Shown in pieces: positions 22,109 through 33,754 of a stretch of 61,898 bases of DNA. The number at the start of each line of letters is the position of its first letter. Position 1 is the stretch's first letter. The notes under the pieces were generated by a model. It worked only from the letters and a program-made list of their open reading frames with translations, was not told the origin of the DNA and ran no database searches. A program made the translations under genes and the position numbers. This DNA is from Craspedostauros australis (Eukaryota): NCBI GenBank assembly GCA_030167865.1, contig JALAGF010003123.1:1-61898 (forward strand). The letters run 5' to 3'.

Positions 22109-25100
22109 TTACTGCTGCACGACGGCCTCCATCGATTGCGTCACCGTGATTTCTGCCATCTTGGACATGAAGTCCTGCAAATTGGGAGCATCGAAACACA
22201 GGTACAGGTCGCACTTGTCGTCGGCCACAGTCTCGGCGAGATCCAGGGCCGTCTGGTACCAATGAATGGGCGAATAGGCGGGTCGATTCAATGCCTGCAG
22301 GACTTCCTTGCGCGTGGCGAACACGGCGGGAACGGCATCGTCCAGCGTTCTTGCCATCCAGGATGCCGTGTCTTGGCAGACCTGCAGGTACAGGTTGACG
22401 GCCAGCACGACGTACCGGCTGCGGATGTCCTTGATCTGACGCTCCCGTTCCTTGTCCTCCACCGTTGTTACGGGTTCCTCATCGATGCTGAGCCAGCCGC
22501 GTGGCAACGACAGCACATCGAACAACGTTTGCTGCGCTTGGGTGGCAGCCTCGATCACATCATCCCCCTTCTGTGACACCTGCTTGATCCAGTGCCGCAT
22601 CTCAGTATCTTGCATGATCTTCTGCTCGATTCTGTTCAATCGTCGCGCGTCGATGGCGGAGGCACCGACGTTGCCGCCCACCGGTTTGGACGCGATCACA
22701 TCCTTCCAATTCCCAAAGGATGCATAGGCTTCGAGGTATGCCACGAATGCCAGATGCTCGCGTTTGGCGTATTCAATCCGTTCGTGGTACGCTTCGGGCG
22801 CGACGCCGTCATCAACGTCGGGCGCAACTTTGCCGGCCCTGTCCGCAAGATCATCCGGCAGGTAGTCGTTGATGAGGGCTGCGGCGCTCTCCATCTTGGC
22901 ATCGTCGTTGCTGGCGAAGAATTCGCGCAGGAGTATGTTGGCACAGATCAAGGCGTCTCCGTAGTGCTCGTCGTACTCGAGCAACCACTCGATGGAACGT
23001 GACTTGATGACGTCGTTCATTGGATCGTCGCCTTGGTACTGGTTGTCCTTCAGGAGGATGCGCACGACGCGACGAACCAATTGCAGGTCCATGCCAGGCG
23101 ACGCGAACAGGTCTCTGGCCTGCTCCAGCAGGATGTTGCGCTTGCGATTCTCCATGACCTCGGCAAGGAGCTGCGGGTAGAACTGCATTACAATAGCATC
23201 CGGCAGCAGGCTGACGTAGAGGGTGAGGAGATTCCACATGTCCGGCTGCGATGCCAGGTACTGCACGTACTCGAAGAGGATGGTGTTCTTGCATCCCTCC
23301 AGCTGGTCCAGGATGATGGGGGTGGAGCACGCGCTCCAGGAATCGAGATACAGGACGAGGTGCGTCAGGAATCGCAGCAAATCGACGTCGAATGACTCGC
23401 ACTGTTGGGAAACGGCGACGATGTACTGGATCAAGGCGCCCTTGCCGATCAGTATGGCCGCCATCGCACGTCGGTACTCATCGCGTCCCTGCATGTCGAC
23501 GAATGGCGACGATGACAGCATCTGAATGACTTGGGCGTTGGACATGTTCTCGAGGTCCATCGTCGACATGAGCTGCTGCTGCTCTTGCTTGAGCTCCGGG
23601 AACCCGTCACGTTGGTGGTTGTGATTCCAGTGCAAGACCTGGTCCTCCAAGCGGCCCCACATGCTGGTCCAAACAACCGCAAGTCCGTGCTCCCACGTTC
23701 TGAGCTGGCTGTTTCCGAAGCAGGTCTTGGCGTCGTTGGCGAGGAAGGAGCAGATGGCAGATTCTTCGGGACGACGCGTCAAGGCCAGCTCGCCATTCTT
23801 CCACATCTGCTGCTTCCACAGGAATCTGTGAGGATTGCCGACGATTCTGGTTCCAGCATTGTTGCCACCACTGACATCCAAGGGGGTTGCGATGCTTTCC
23901 ACGCCGTGCGGCTGACCACCGCCGAAAACGCTGGCCCTCCATGGTTGGCCATAATCGCGGGCGAACTGCTGCGCCTTCTCGAGCTTGCCTGCAAGGAGCT
24001 GACTGAAGCACGACTTGAGCAAGGCCTGATCAACGCACGGTGTGTTCTCGCCAATCAACGATGCGATTTCGTCTGGGATGCCGTTTTGCGCTGCCGTCTT
24101 GGTGGACTTCGGCGGTGGGCCAATGCTGAGATCATCGAAGCAGGCCTGGATCCACTTGAGGATCTCGTGACGGCGTTGCAGGACCAAAGGACGCGTGGCG
24201 TGCTTGTCGCTTGATAGATGCGACAGCAGATGCTTGTCCGTGGCCCCTTTGAGGCTAGCGACCTGCTTGAGGAAGGCCGTCTGCGTGACCGCGTGCTGCT
24301 GGTTGGAGACTGGATCATCCGCCCACATGATGGATGCCAACCCCAGATTCCGAAGACGAGCGAGGAGCATCCACGTGTTGCCTTCGAGCTTCTCATCATC
24401 AAGTGGGAAGGAGGGGGTGGATGTCGATGATGACTCATCCCACGCCAGGAGGCGCAAACGGCGCAGGAAGTCGATCTCCGTCTTGCGCTCGTTCGCTGCC
24501 AACGACGTGATATCGGGCTGTGCGGACGAATCTCCAAGCGCCCGCTCCTCCTCCTCGAGATCCATGCGTTCCGACAACGAGCGACGATCCTTGAGGTACA
24601 TGTGCAGAGCCTCGTGGTAACGCTGATCGATCTTCTTCCCGTACATCACCCGTGGTGTTCGTTGAGGCACGAGTGCCATGGTGGCATCCTGATCGTTCGC
24701 AATGGTGGATTTCCCCGGTGTGTCCAGACGTCGGATAGGAGTCTGCATAGGAGCAGGCGCACCATCCGCATCGGCCCCAGTTGTCGGTCTTGGACTCCTG
24801 GGGAGGGAGGAGGATGACGAGTCCTTGCGATTGAGACGCGACATGCCACCACCCCCGTACGAAAAGTTTCCCTTCTTCTTCTTGGAGGAGTTGGACATGA
24901 CCGGCGTATCTGCGCGCTCCAAGATGGGTGTCTTTTTGGGTGTCGTCGTCATCATCATCGTGCTGCTGTTGTTGTTGTTGCTGCTATTGATGGTATTGCT
25001 GTTGAGGTTGCCGGTGGCGAAGGTGCTGCTGCCTTTGGCACTTGCAGACGTATAGGACGGTGTGCCTGCTGGATCCGTAGCTGCATTGTCGGCATCCAGT

Positions 25101-25372
25101 TCCTGTCTCATCCATTCCACTGGATCCATGCCATAAGGATCGTCCTGCGCGCCTTCCTCATCCATGTAATCGGACTGGCTGGAGTAAGCAGACATGCCCA
25201 CGGTGCCCAGCTTGGGCGATGTGAAGCTCGCCAGCTGTGCCTGGATGTTGGCGAACGCCTCGGCCGTAGCATCTGGCTTGCCGCTGTTGGGGCTGTTCAC
25301 GCCCATGTCATTGTCATTGTCATTGTCATCGTCCAGGCTGTAACGCGACGTGGATCTTCGTGATGAAGCCAT
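22109..25372 (-). CDS. NUP107: Nuclear pore complex protein Nup107/Nup84
   Basis: 1087 aa with a disordered TP-rich N-terminus, then 'E.NTW.LL', 'LLAGKLEKA...GQPWRASVFGG', 'GNPHRFLWK', 'E.AI...L', 'TWE', 'LRFLTHLVL' and 'GWL', characteristic of Nup107/Nup84. Confidence 0.85.
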   Translation of the reverse strand: MASSRRSTSRYSLDDDNDNDNDMGVNSPNSGKPDATAEAFANIQAQLASFTSPKLGTVGMSAYSSQSDYMDEEGAQDDPYGMDPVEWMRQELDADNAATDPAGTPSYTSASAKGSSTFATGNLNSNTINSSNNNNSSTMMMTTTPKKTPILERADTPVMSNSSKKKKGNFSYGGGGMSRLNRKDSSSSSLPRSPRPTTGADADGAPAPMQTPIRRLDTPGKSTIANDQDATMALVPQRTPRVMYGKKIDQRYHEALHMYLKDRRSLSERMDLEEEERALGDSSAQPDITSLAANERKTEIDFLRRLRLLAWDESSSTSTPSFPLDDEKLEGNTWMLLARLRNLGLASIMWADDPVSNQQHAVTQTAFLKQVASLKGATDKHLLSHLSSDKHATRPLVLQRRHEILKWIQACFDDLSIGPPPKSTKTAAQNGIPDEIASLIGENTPCVDQALLKSCFSQLLAGKLEKAQQFARDYGQPWRASVFGGGQPHGVESIATPLDVSGGNNAGTRIVGNPHRFLWKQQMWKNGELALTRRPEESAICSFLANDAKTCFGNSQLRTWEHGLAVVWTSMWGRLEDQVLHWNHNHQRDGFPELKQEQQQLMSTMDLENMSNAQVIQMLSSSPFVDMQGRDEYRRAMAAILIGKGALIQYIVAVSQQCESFDVDLLRFLTHLVLYLDSWSACSTPIILDQLEGCKNTILFEYVQYLASQPDMWNLLTLYVSLLPDAIVMQFYPQLLAEVMENRKRNILLEQARDLFASPGMDLQLVRRVVRILLKDNQYQGDDPMNDVIKSRSIEWLLEYDEHYGDALICANILLREFFASNDDAKMESAAALINDYLPDDLADRAGKVAPDVDDGVAPEAYHERIEYAKREHLAFVAYLEAYASFGNWKDVIASKPVGGNVGASAIDARRLNRIEQKIMQDTEMRHWIKQVSQKGDDVIEAATQAQQTLFDVLSLPRGWLSIDEEPVTTVEDKERERQIKDIRSRYVVLAVNLYLQVCQDTASWMARTLDDAVPAVFATRKEVLQALNRPAYSPIHWYQTALDLAETVADDKCDLYLCFDAPNLQDFMSKMAEITVTQSMEAVVQQ

Positions 25373-27179
25373 CGTGCGGTCGATTCAGATGCAGATGTTT
25401 GGCAAGAAGGTGCGAATCTGGACTCTGCTGAGCTCCGGTCTGACTTGCAGGCGCTGTCCCTGTATTCGTACGGCTATTGACTGGAGAGTCTTGCCTCTGC
25501 CGTTGTTGTGGATTTGTATGGATCATCATTGTCCCGCCATGACAGAGCCGAAGCCGTTGCCTTTGTCATGGGTCCAAACCACATCCAAAACTTTGGCGTG
25601 TTGGCGTGTTGGCTTGGCGGATTTCGAAAACGACAAGGCGGATGCTGACGACATCCAGACGACAAAGGCAACCGCAGTGTTCGTCTTGATCAATTCGACA
25701 GGATGGACTCATTGTGGACATTGTGGAAAGATTGCAACAAATAGTCCGGCTGTCTCACGCGACACGAACGGTCATTATGAGAACACACCCAATCGGCGAG
25801 GTTCCTTGTGGTTTCTCGCGGAGATCGCGTGGTCAAGGCACAAAGGGAACAAATAGCGCAACGACGAGGATGATGGCGGCGTGCAAAACAGTGCAGAGTT
25901 TAGGCGAAAGGCACAAGGCACCAACAGGAAGGCTTCAACCCAAACAAGAGAGGGAAGGAGGGCACACAGAGACGAACCACAGAGAGAGGAGATTTGTCGA
26001 GGAGTAGATCGCAAAGCGAGACGAAGAGGGAGACAGCATCGAAGACTGTTCGAAGCAGGGACCACAACCGAACCAACCCCATCGCCAGACACAACAAGAG
26101 ACCATCGTCGAGGAGGGGTCACCCATCACGGCCCAGCGGACATCAACACAAACCGAACGAAGCAAATCGAAACGAAACAAACCAAAACAAACCAAAACGA
26201 AGCAAGACCACTTCCGCTTGCACCCAAGATTGCGGCCTCCACTTCGCACACAACATCACACGCAACATCACACACAACACCACACATAGCACACAACACA
26301 CAGCAAGCAAGGTGTCTGGCCTCCCAACTCGACCAGATCCTTGACCCGTATCCCGCGAACAAACACATTCAACAAGGAGCGTGCAAGCAAGCCAGAGAGA
26401 CAGTTGCAAACTGCTCCAACCGCCTGCTTGATCTGCTTGTTCCTTCGCTCTTCACTTCCAGTTGCCCTCCATCCACCCACTCCTGCGGTTCAAAGTGTCC
26501 AAACGCCTTGGCGGAAGGTCGTGAGCGAAGTTTCTCCGGTTTGTGTGTCAAACACAGCACGCAGCAACACAAGAGTCATTCGCATGGTATTGTTGTTGGG
26601 GTGAGTACGCGCAAGTACTTGTTGGAGGGAATAGGCCGTACCACACGAGTACAACTACGAGTACAAGGTCGACCACGAATAGAGGCACTATCGTAGAACA
26701 CCATCCAAGAACACAGTCCCACGAAATACCCAAGACCAAACAACGCCACCATCCCCGCAATTGATCCAACATTAAAGGATCAAGACCAAATTCACAAAAA
26801 CGGGACAACGAAAGAACAATCAGAATCAGGTATTGCATTGGACCACTCTCGAACCATTACGCACGTACTCGCACAACCAGCCGATCGGCAAACACCACCA
26901 CATCCAACTGCAACTGCAACCGCGACCGCTATAGTTGCCCTTTGTGGACCTTGTGTTCATAAAACGTCATTCAACACATACAAGACAAGACAACACAAGG
27001 AATCCCAATTGATCAGATCGGAGCAAGCAACATCAATACAACATCCATCATCGAAGATCAGATCAAGTTGCATCTTCGGCAACGATAACGAGAGCAGTAC
27101 TGGTGGGCTGTACTCGTAGGCAGAGCATCCAAGAAACAACCGCACTGACGTCCACACCATCATCCGCTCAGCTTCAACC

Positions 27180-29333
27180 ATGGCGGGACCGCTGGGTGGC
27201 CTCAGCGCCATGAATGACATGAACCAGGCCATGCTTGAAGAACTCATGCGACGTCATGGACAACGTCCCCAGAGTGTGCCCGAGGGAGAGAATGAAGACG
27301 AAGCCGATGAGTTCGATCCCGACGCTCTGCTCAGCCAGCCTCTCTTCCTGGATGGCAGCAACCACACCCTCAACCTCAACAAGGAGGACTTCAACATGTC
27401 AGACGGCTCGGACATCGAAGATGCTCTCGCGGATGACACCACCGCCAACGACAACAGCACTGTGGCGATGAGCGTGGTTGGAGCGACAAACACCACCAAC
27501 GGTAACAACATCCACAACGGCCAAGCCCCAAGGGAGAACGGCCACATGCAACATGCTCAGATGCAACATCAACACCAACAGCTGTCCAATGGGTCGCAGC
27601 ATCAGATGCCTGCGATGCCACAGCGCCAACCAAACTCAGACAATGTCACATTCGGCATGACAATGGAGATGTATCAGCAATACCAACAGCAACAAGAGCA
27701 CGAACAACAACGCCAACAACAGCAGCAACGCCAACAACAACAACAGCACCAACAACAGCATTCCTCTTCCATGGCCCACAGCTCGATGATGCCAGGCCCT
27801 TCGTCTTCTCAGATGAATCAGGATTCTGCACCTCCCATGCCCCGTCGCATCCAGGAAGCGCAACAGCAACAACAGCAGCAACAACAAAATCATCAAGCAG
27901 CCCCGCCTCAACTCCCAGGCGAGATGCTCAATGTCCAGCAACAGCTCGAGGCTGTGCAGAAACAGATCCAGGCCGTGCAACAACAATCCTCGCACCTCGA
28001 GAACCAACTTCATTCGAATCAGCCTCAGATTAATTCGAATGGCCAGGGTCATGACAGCATGATGGCATCGCAGCCCTCGCTGGGAAGCTTCCAACCCCAG
28101 CATCGACAGCATCCACAGCATCCGCCACCATCGCAGCAATCACAGCAACGCCAACAATTGCAGCAGATGCAAGCCCAGCGGCAGCAGCAACAGTCGCCAC
28201 CGACACAGCCGGGTCAAGTCAACGCGCAGACACAAGCGCAGGCCCAGATGCAGGCGCGCTTCCCAGTCAACATGGCCGGGATGGGCATGGGAAGAGCCCC
28301 GCCTGGTCGCTCCATTTCCATGCCGATCGGTCTTGGCGGTGGCGGTGGATCGTCCCTGTCGGCCTTGGCAGCCATGCAGCAGGGGTCGCTGCAGGCAGCC
28401 AGCATGGCGAACAGGCAACAACGACAGCAGCCGCGTCACCCGCAGCAGCAGATGCAATTCAACGGCAACGCTAGCAACGGCGCGCTAGGTGGACCCGTTG
28501 GGATGCAAATAGACATGTCAGCGCAACAGCAGCAACAGCAACAACAACAGGCAATGATGCAAACACTCCTCATGCAGCAGCAGCAACAACAGCAACAACA
28601 ACAACAACAACAGCCCACCGGTGTGAATGCGATATCGCCGCTTGGCGTCACACCTTCGATACCGACAGTCCATCCATTGCAAATGAACCTGACAACGCCC
28701 GGGCAGGTGGGGATGAGCAACCTCATGACCGCCGGCAATTTTGATCCAACCCAATTTCTCAGCCCGCTGCAACAGCAACAGGCAGGACAGCAGCCGCAAA
28801 ATCCACAGAATCAGCAACCTGGTTCCGATGGCCCGCAGAGCGTTACGGAAGCGATGGAAAAACTCTGCGAGAGCATGAAGCGCTCCGCGAGGAGCAGAAG
28901 CCTCGTCAAGCAATTCTCCAACAGATCCCTCACGCAGCAGAACTCCGCCAGAAATCTCATTAAGCAGAGCAGCTCGCGCAACCTCTCACGCCAGAACAGC
29001 GCCCGCAGCCTCCAGAAGCAGGGCAGCAGCCGCACGCTGGGACGTCAGATCAGCGGCAGGAACTTGGTGCGTGCCAACTCGGGACGCTCCCTGCAGCGAA
29101 CCTACTCCGGCCGCATGGGCGGTGAGGACGGGAACTTCCCCGTGCGTCGGCCCGGTTCCGACACGAAGCACCGCCTGCATCACCAACGGGACCCTCTCGC
29201 GCACATGAGCAAGACACCCGTGCGTGGCGTGCTACGACACAAGTCGCAACCGGCCGTCCTCAAGTCAGTTGCGGCCGCCGCGGCCAATCGCGGCATCACG
29301 CAGATTGATGAGAAGTCGCCTGGCATGTTCTGA
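27180..29333 (+). CDS. Q/M/N-rich low-complexity protein with 'AMEKLCESMKRSARSR' helix and C-terminal 9-aa repeat array
   Basis: 717-aa ORF with mixed CAA/CAG polyQ and coding-like codon use. No recognised domain. Confidence 0.8.
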   Translation: MAGPLGGLSAMNDMNQAMLEELMRRHGQRPQSVPEGENEDEADEFDPDALLSQPLFLDGSNHTLNLNKEDFNMSDGSDIEDALADDTTANDNSTVAMSVVGATNTTNGNNIHNGQAPRENGHMQHAQMQHQHQQLSNGSQHQMPAMPQRQPNSDNVTFGMTMEMYQQYQQQQEHEQQRQQQQQRQQQQQHQQQHSSSMAHSSMMPGPSSSQMNQDSAPPMPRRIQEAQQQQQQQQQNHQAAPPQLPGEMLNVQQQLEAVQKQIQAVQQQSSHLENQLHSNQPQINSNGQGHDSMMASQPSLGSFQPQHRQHPQHPPPSQQSQQRQQLQQMQAQRQQQQSPPTQPGQVNAQTQAQAQMQARFPVNMAGMGMGRAPPGRSISMPIGLGGGGGSSLSALAAMQQGSLQAASMANRQQRQQPRHPQQQMQFNGNASNGALGGPVGMQIDMSAQQQQQQQQQAMMQTLLMQQQQQQQQQQQQQPTGVNAISPLGVTPSIPTVHPLQMNLTTPGQVGMSNLMTAGNFDPTQFLSPLQQQQAGQQPQNPQNQQPGSDGPQSVTEAMEKLCESMKRSARSRSLVKQFSNRSLTQQNSARNLIKQSSSRNLSRQNSARSLQKQGSSRTLGRQISGRNLVRANSGRSLQRTYSGRMGGEDGNFPVRRPGSDTKHRLHHQRDPLAHMSKTPVRGVLRHKSQPAVLKSVAAAAANRGITQIDEKSPGMF
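28923..29111 (+). repeat. Coding tandem repeat, 7 x 27 nt (9 aa; RxLx[RKQ]QxS[AGS])
   Basis: RSLTQQNSA RNLIKQSSS RNLSRQNSA RSLQKQGSS RTLGRQISG RNLVRANSG RSLQRTYSG. Confidence 0.9.
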
Positions 29334-29770
29334 TTTTTCATGGAACAACAACACTACTCGCACTCGTACCAGTGCTCTCTCGTGAAAGTGTGCAGGCGGT
29401 GACATTCATTGCCGAGGGTGGGGAATGCATCGGCACGACGAACTGAACTGCAAACGTACGGATACTCATGTGTTCATGTGAAGAGCATCTTACGAGTACG
29501 AGCACACCTTTCAATTGTTAAAGCGAGGTCATTACTACTCTTTTCAAACCTACGAACGGTGGCTCTCCAATCAAATAACATCTTTTACTGATTTTGTTTT
29601 GTTTCGGAGTCGCATGTCCTCTTCACGAGTGTCTGTGTTTGTTTGTGTAGTCGTACTTGTTTGAGAAATGTGGTATTATACATTAGTGCGTGCTCGCAGC
29701 ATGACAATTAAAGACCACCTGGTCTCCTCCACATACTCGACTATTTCACTCCTTGCTTGTTGTTTCATCA

Positions 29771-32700
29771 TCATACCTCCGCATCGGATCGGACACCAAC
29801 CACCGTCAGTCGACGTTCCTGATTGATCTTGGAGGATATCATGGCCTTGATCTGTTCCACCTGCATGCCGCTCACGTCTTCGTCGTCCACCGCCACGAGT
29901 GTGTCGCCAACCGACACTTTGCCCCTCAACAAGCTGTTGTCACGGACTTGCGCGATCGCGATGCCACGCCCGTCTTTGCGGATGGCAAGGATCACGCCGA
30001 GGACACCTGGAGGGGCTGTAATTGTGCGCTCTCGCTCGTCGTCGTTGCCGCTGTGACTGCGAATGCGGCTGGTCCCCTTTCGCTTCGGCGGGGCTTGCGC
30101 CTTGGTTGTGCTCGTGATAGATGCCTTGCTAGATTTCGAGTTTGCTTTCGCCTGGGATGTCTGGTGCTGCGTTTCTGCGTGTTCTATTGCGTCGAGCTGT
30201 CTGCCCAAGCGTTTCAACTCGTGCTCCAGCATTTGAGGGGCGATGTCGCTGAGAGATGGAGCCGTGGATGATCGGTGTGACACCAAGCTGCTGCCGTAGC
30301 TCACGATGCTGGATTTGGTGGAGCGGACGCTTCCGGCGCTGGAACGAGCGCTCATGGACTCCAAATCGGCGGCGATGGATTGAGGTCCCAGAGCCTCCTC
30401 CACCTTGTTGTATAGCCACGGACTGGGCGACATGCCTGTGGATCCTGTGGATTCGGAAATGTCGTCATCTAGGGTGCTTTGGCCGGTGGCAGCAGCGTTC
30501 GAAGAATCGACTCCGTCATGGTGGCCTCCATGTTGCCTTGAGAGCATCTCACCCAAGCGCATTCGATTGGCATCGGTCCAAGTTTGCGTGGAGGACGTCG
30601 GAAGTATCGTTGCAGCTGCTGCTATTTCCTCATCGAGTGTTGGTAATGACATGCTTGGGTTGGTGAAATTTGCTCCGTCTGTGTTTTCGGAGAGATTCCC
30701 TGTCGTGGCTTCGGCGATGCTCACATCTTGCTCTTGCGTGGCAGACACGTAAGGGTGTTCTCGCACGTAGTCGCTGTCCGCACTGTGCGCGTCAAAGCCA
30801 TCATAGCTGCGCAAGTCTCCGTCATGAAGCTGCCGCAATCGCTTTTCCAGTTCGGACGGAGCGACGTATCGCCCGGTCTCCTTCGTCTGCGTCGGGTTTG
30901 GGAATGATGCCCAGGTGGATTCCGACTGTCCTGCCGTCTGCGTCGTCTGTCGGGATGGACCTGACATGACCGATGTTGACAGATCTGTGCTGAGATTGTC
31001 ACCGAAGTAATGCACATTCTCCGGTGTGTCACGGGGCGACGGAGGAAGCTTGAAGTGGACCTTGCGCATCTTGTGTTGCTTCTGCTTCTGCGTGTGCGTT
31101 TCCTGCCGTTGCTTGTTGGATGGCGTCAGATCCGGCACCTTCTGTTGCAACGCCGAAGGAGAAGAAGTCTTGTTGGTTTGCTTCATTGCCGTGCGGATGG
31201 TCGAAGGCAAGGGCGCTTCAGTAGCCATCTGGTCCTGTGGGTCCTTGTGACGGATCTTGACGTCAGCCCATGGCTTGGCCAGAGGTCGGATGGCGTTCGG
31301 ATGTCGGGCTTGGTTGGCGAAGAAGGATGTTGTGTTTGCCATCTGCCGTGTACTCTTGGATGCTGCCGACAGCGAAACGGAGAACACCGAGCTGTCATTC
31401 TCCTTGTTGCTGAAGCTCCCGTTGCTTTCAAAGCCGTTCGACCAGTTGTCATTATCATTCCATCTCTGGCGGTTTTCGCCTGAACTCCCATCCTCATCCC
31501 CGCCACTGCCGTCGCTGGAATTGACGAATGGGGATTCGTCGAGGTCGACAGACTGCTCTGTGCCAGTCTCCCACCCGAAGGCATCTTCTGTTGCCTGGTC
31601 GAAGCTGCCGTTCCTTGCATCTGACTCGTAGTTTGCTTGACCGTTGCTGTCCCCGGCTGATGTTGTGTGGTTACGCTCATGGTCATGGTCATGGCCCTCG
31701 CTGCGGTCAAAATCGTTGTACTGGTCCGAATCAGTGTCGTTTGCATGCCAGCGCATGTTGTGCCCGTTGACCATGCTCGGTCCGTTCTCAAACCGTTGAT
31801 CTTGCATGAGACCACTATCGATACCATCATCGTCGTCGTCGTCGTCGTCGCTGCCATGAATAGCGATCTCGATGCCCATACCATTGCCGTGTACGCTCTC
31901 GTCACTCACTTCGTCGCTATCATCATCATCGCCATCGCCACTGTCGTCATTGAACGACGGGGCAACCGTCGGCCTTTGAAAGGAGAACAGATTCTGTGGT
32001 AAGACTCCCTCGAAGAATTCTTCGTTGTCCACATCCACCGGTCCTGCGTCATCCACGGATACCGGACCATGGATCTGCAGGTCCTCGAGGAGTTCTGCGC
32101 GATCGGAGATCGGGGACAGGGTGGCTGTTCTATGATCCATCAAGAAGGTCTGCGTCTTGAACGCACCCCCATTTTGGCGATCTGGCGTCCCGAACATTGA
32201 AGTTCGTGCGGAGATGCCCAAGGGAGTTGGGAGCGTTGTAGTTGACGGATCGGGCAGCCCGGGCAGCGCCGCCGAGTCGTCGACGGAGAATGGTGTGGTG
32301 TAGAGGGAGCTTTCGTCAAAGCTGCCGAGGGCCGGTCCGCGGTGCTTGCTCTTGCGTGACTTTCTCCTGCGGCCGGCGGTCTGGTCACCGATGCTTGTGT
32401 CGGCGAGAGATTCGGTTTCGTTGGTGAGTGCGATGATCGTGCCCGGCTGGATCGACTTGGCGGGAGATCTTCTGTTTCCATTGGTCGCGTACTCGTTGTC
32501 CATACGGTTGTTCACGAATCGAGTGTCGTCACGGTCGTTCGCACAGAGACACCACGCAACGACGACGCATGAAATGATGGTGGCAGCAGCGATGCCACTG
32601 ACCGCAACCAGGATGATAATGTCGGCAGTGGAACTGTCTGCGATGATGCCACCAGAGTCTGAGCTTGAATCGGGCGTGGTGGCTCCGGACGATGTTGCAG

Positions 32701-33754
32701 TCTTTGACGAGGACGTGGGCGAGATCGTGGGTGGAGCAGTTAAAGAAACTGCATCGTTGGGCGCGAGGCTACTCATCTTCGCCGTCGACGAGACCTTCGC
32801 GTCTGGTTCTGGTTCGTCAGTGCTATGGGCCTGGAGGAGAGATGGTGATGTTGTAGTCGTACTCGCAGTTGCATCATTCGGCACCGGTGCTGGTGTTGGC
32901 GACTGAAACTGAGGTGGAGGAGATGGAACTGTGGGAATTGGATCAGTACGCGAGCGACTTTTGGAAGTGTTTGCGCCGATCGTTGTTTCTCTTGTATCCG
33001 TGTCACCATTGTCACCAACTCCTGCGTTGCCATGAGAGCACCCGTCGTCAGTCATCGATGATAGATCTCTTGCTGTATCACGATGCAATCGAGTGTGCGG
33101 AGAAGATGGCTGCTTCATGTTTTGCTGTCGCCCAACACTTTGATTGATTTCGATTGGCCCTGAAGATAGAGTGGAAAACCCGAATGTATGTGACACAATT
33201 CAAATGACATTGAGTGCGATTGTGGTGAGTGAATGAGTGATTGGTGGCAAATGCAACGGAGATGTGCCATGATACCGAGCAAACCCATTCAAAGACCGCA
33301 AAAAGGGGGGTAGAGCAGAGCACTCCAGAGAGATCTCACCTGGATGGCGATTCGAGGTCATTGTCCGACGCAGGTGACGCCGTTCTTGGTGCAATGCATC
33401 GGCCTTGGCTTCTTCTTTAGTGGAATCAATGGTCGACGCCACATCCAATCCCGTTGGTTGCTTACGCAGATAGCCTCTGCATGCGTCATCTTGACATCGT
33501 GGAATAGAGCCATGACTCGTTCTCTTGGTATGCGCACTGGAACTCCATGGGGATCGCGATGAGCATCGCAGGGCCATACAACCGAGTGCCATGAGGACGA
33601 TCAGAAACGCGCCGATCACAGCACGACGTTTGGTGCCATGGTGGGTGGCGACCCTGTCTTCACGTTGGTTTTCGTTGGCTTGATCTTTGCCATCGTGGTG
33701 GTTGCTACTTGCGCTGATACGGTCGGGCATGATCTCGCTGTCGTACTTGATCAT
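29771..33754 (-). CDS. Membrane protein with two TM helices and a C-terminal PDZ domain, 2 exons: 33754-33340, 33159-29771 (~1267 aa)
   Basis: Exon 1 has TM 'AVIGAFLIVLMALGCMAL'. Exon 2 has an S/T/P-rich region, TM 'IIILVAVSGIAAATIISCVVVAWCLC', acidic tracts, and PDZ 'APPGVLGVIL...IAQVRDNSLLRGKVSVGDTLVAVDDEDV'. Confidence 0.8.
33160..33339 (-). other. GT-AG intron (180 bp) of the PDZ membrane protein gene
   Basis: Donor CCAG|GTGAGA, acceptor CTTCAG|; the phase-1 join gives HP-G-PIE in frame. Confidence 0.75.

Noticed and set aside
25881-26696. 271-aa ORF in the Nup107/Q-rich intergenic region (also 55620-56630, 52296-53072)
   Set aside because: These arise from stop-poor CA/GT-rich UTR or promoter sequence and show T/H/Q compositional artefacts.
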